Assembly (NCBI GenBank): GCA_013239625.1
Contig: MU053911.1
Location: 610,132 to 674,131 of the forward strand
Reading direction: 5' to 3'
Origin: Lama guanicoe
Lineage: Eukaryota
Length of the DNA: 64,000 nt
This document shows, piece by piece, positions 62,897 through 64,000 of this stretch (its first letter is position 1; every line of letters begins with the position of its first letter). The notes under the pieces were generated by a model. The model was not told the DNA's origin. It saw nothing but the letters and a program-made list of their open reading frames with translations, and made no database searches. A program made the translations under genes and the position numbers.

Positions 62897-64000
62897 GTAA
62901 AACATGATCATTTATTAAAATGGTTTCGGGCATTCAAAATCAGAAGAAAGGATAGAGCAGAAAGAAAACTCTGGCCACTTTCTCAGAAGACAACAGAGAG
63001 TGAAGACTCACGTCAAGTCTGTTCCCTGACGTAAGCACCACTGGTGGTGGGCACCAGCTCTCTGAGCGTCTGTCCTTCACCCTGTCAATTGGTTACCCAC
63101 ATTCTGAAGCTGAAATTCTGCATAAAGCAGTGCTCCCCAAATCGACACCACCTCTGTGGGGTGGCTCTTTAAGAACGGAATGTTAGAAATCCAGCTCTGG
63201 CAAGAAGCTAGAGATCTATTTATTTCTCATATCCCACCCCAACTTTATCAAGCCCAAACTTGCATACATGCACACTTTCTTCAAGAGGAAGCCCAGCTTC
63301 CGAGACACAGAGCACCTCAACTCAGTGCACTGGTCCCTCGGTGTCCACACCGCCCACTGCATCTGCCAGGGATGCTGGTGCATCTCCCGAGGATGGTAAA
63401 ACTGACGGAGCTCCTTGGAGACGCAGCCTTGTTCTCATCAGAGTTCCACTCGGGGGGCACGTGGCACACACAAAATCACACCCCTGCCCCCTTCACTTTT
63501 GTTTTGCTGGAAAGAAGTACCGCCACCCTCACACTCGCCACAGGAAGTCTTCCAAGGAAACGTGGAGTCTGTCCGGTCACTTCACAAAGGCCACATCCAC
63601 AACTGGCCGCTCAAGGATGAGCAGTGCAGGAAAGAGCATGGCACTAGGCAGCCGCAGGTTATGTCACTACCACTGGTGACCTTATAAACTTACGTAAGTC
63701 ACGCAGGCATCTTCACATTCCGAGGTCAAACTTGGGATGTGAAAATCAATTGTAAACAGTGAACACGTTGGGGAGAGTGGATTAAGCAAAAGCCGCACTT
63801 TTCTGTCACATCCCACCAGCAGGAACAAAAAGCGTATGTGGAAACAAGCTCAGAGTCCAGCCCTGAGGACCCGCCTCTCCCGAGCTAGCTGTGCAGCGGC
63901 TCCAGAATGGACCCTGACTGGGGAAAAGGAGAGTGTGCTTTTCAATCAGAGCAGTTTGTCAAAGGCACTCCAACCGTCATTTGGATCTGGAACAGCTTAC

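Overview
Mammalian non-coding DNA, most likely camelid (alpaca/camel lineage). The call rests on eight tRNA-Ala-derived SINEs resembling camelid Vic-1 (most with an 'AACCTAATTACCTCCCCC'-type tail) and on young L1 3' ends. I cannot support any intact protein-coding gene. The only recognisable peptides in the ORF track are decayed LINE-1 ORF2 fragments; the rest are microsatellite or GC-rich chance ORFs. CpG islands bracket the window at ~1.6-4.1 kb and ~60.9-61.7 kb, each with a candidate minus-strand first-exon splice donor. Between them lie L1, L2, MIR, two Charlie1-type hAT elements, MER58/MER5/MER3-type fragments, an MLT1 LTR and SINEs. Best leads: (1) a solo-LTR-like element (2012-2578) with six phased CCAAT boxes, two octamers and two TATA boxes pointing into the left island; (2) four L1 copies whose young 3' UTR is fused at one junction to an ancient L1M-type tail; (3) recurrent L1 5'-truncation points; (4) a twin-primed 5'-inverted L1; (5) local AT-to-GC rewriting of old repeats, suggesting fossil gBGC hotspots. 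Repeat names come from my recall of consensus sequences, not from a database search, and repeat boundaries are approximate.
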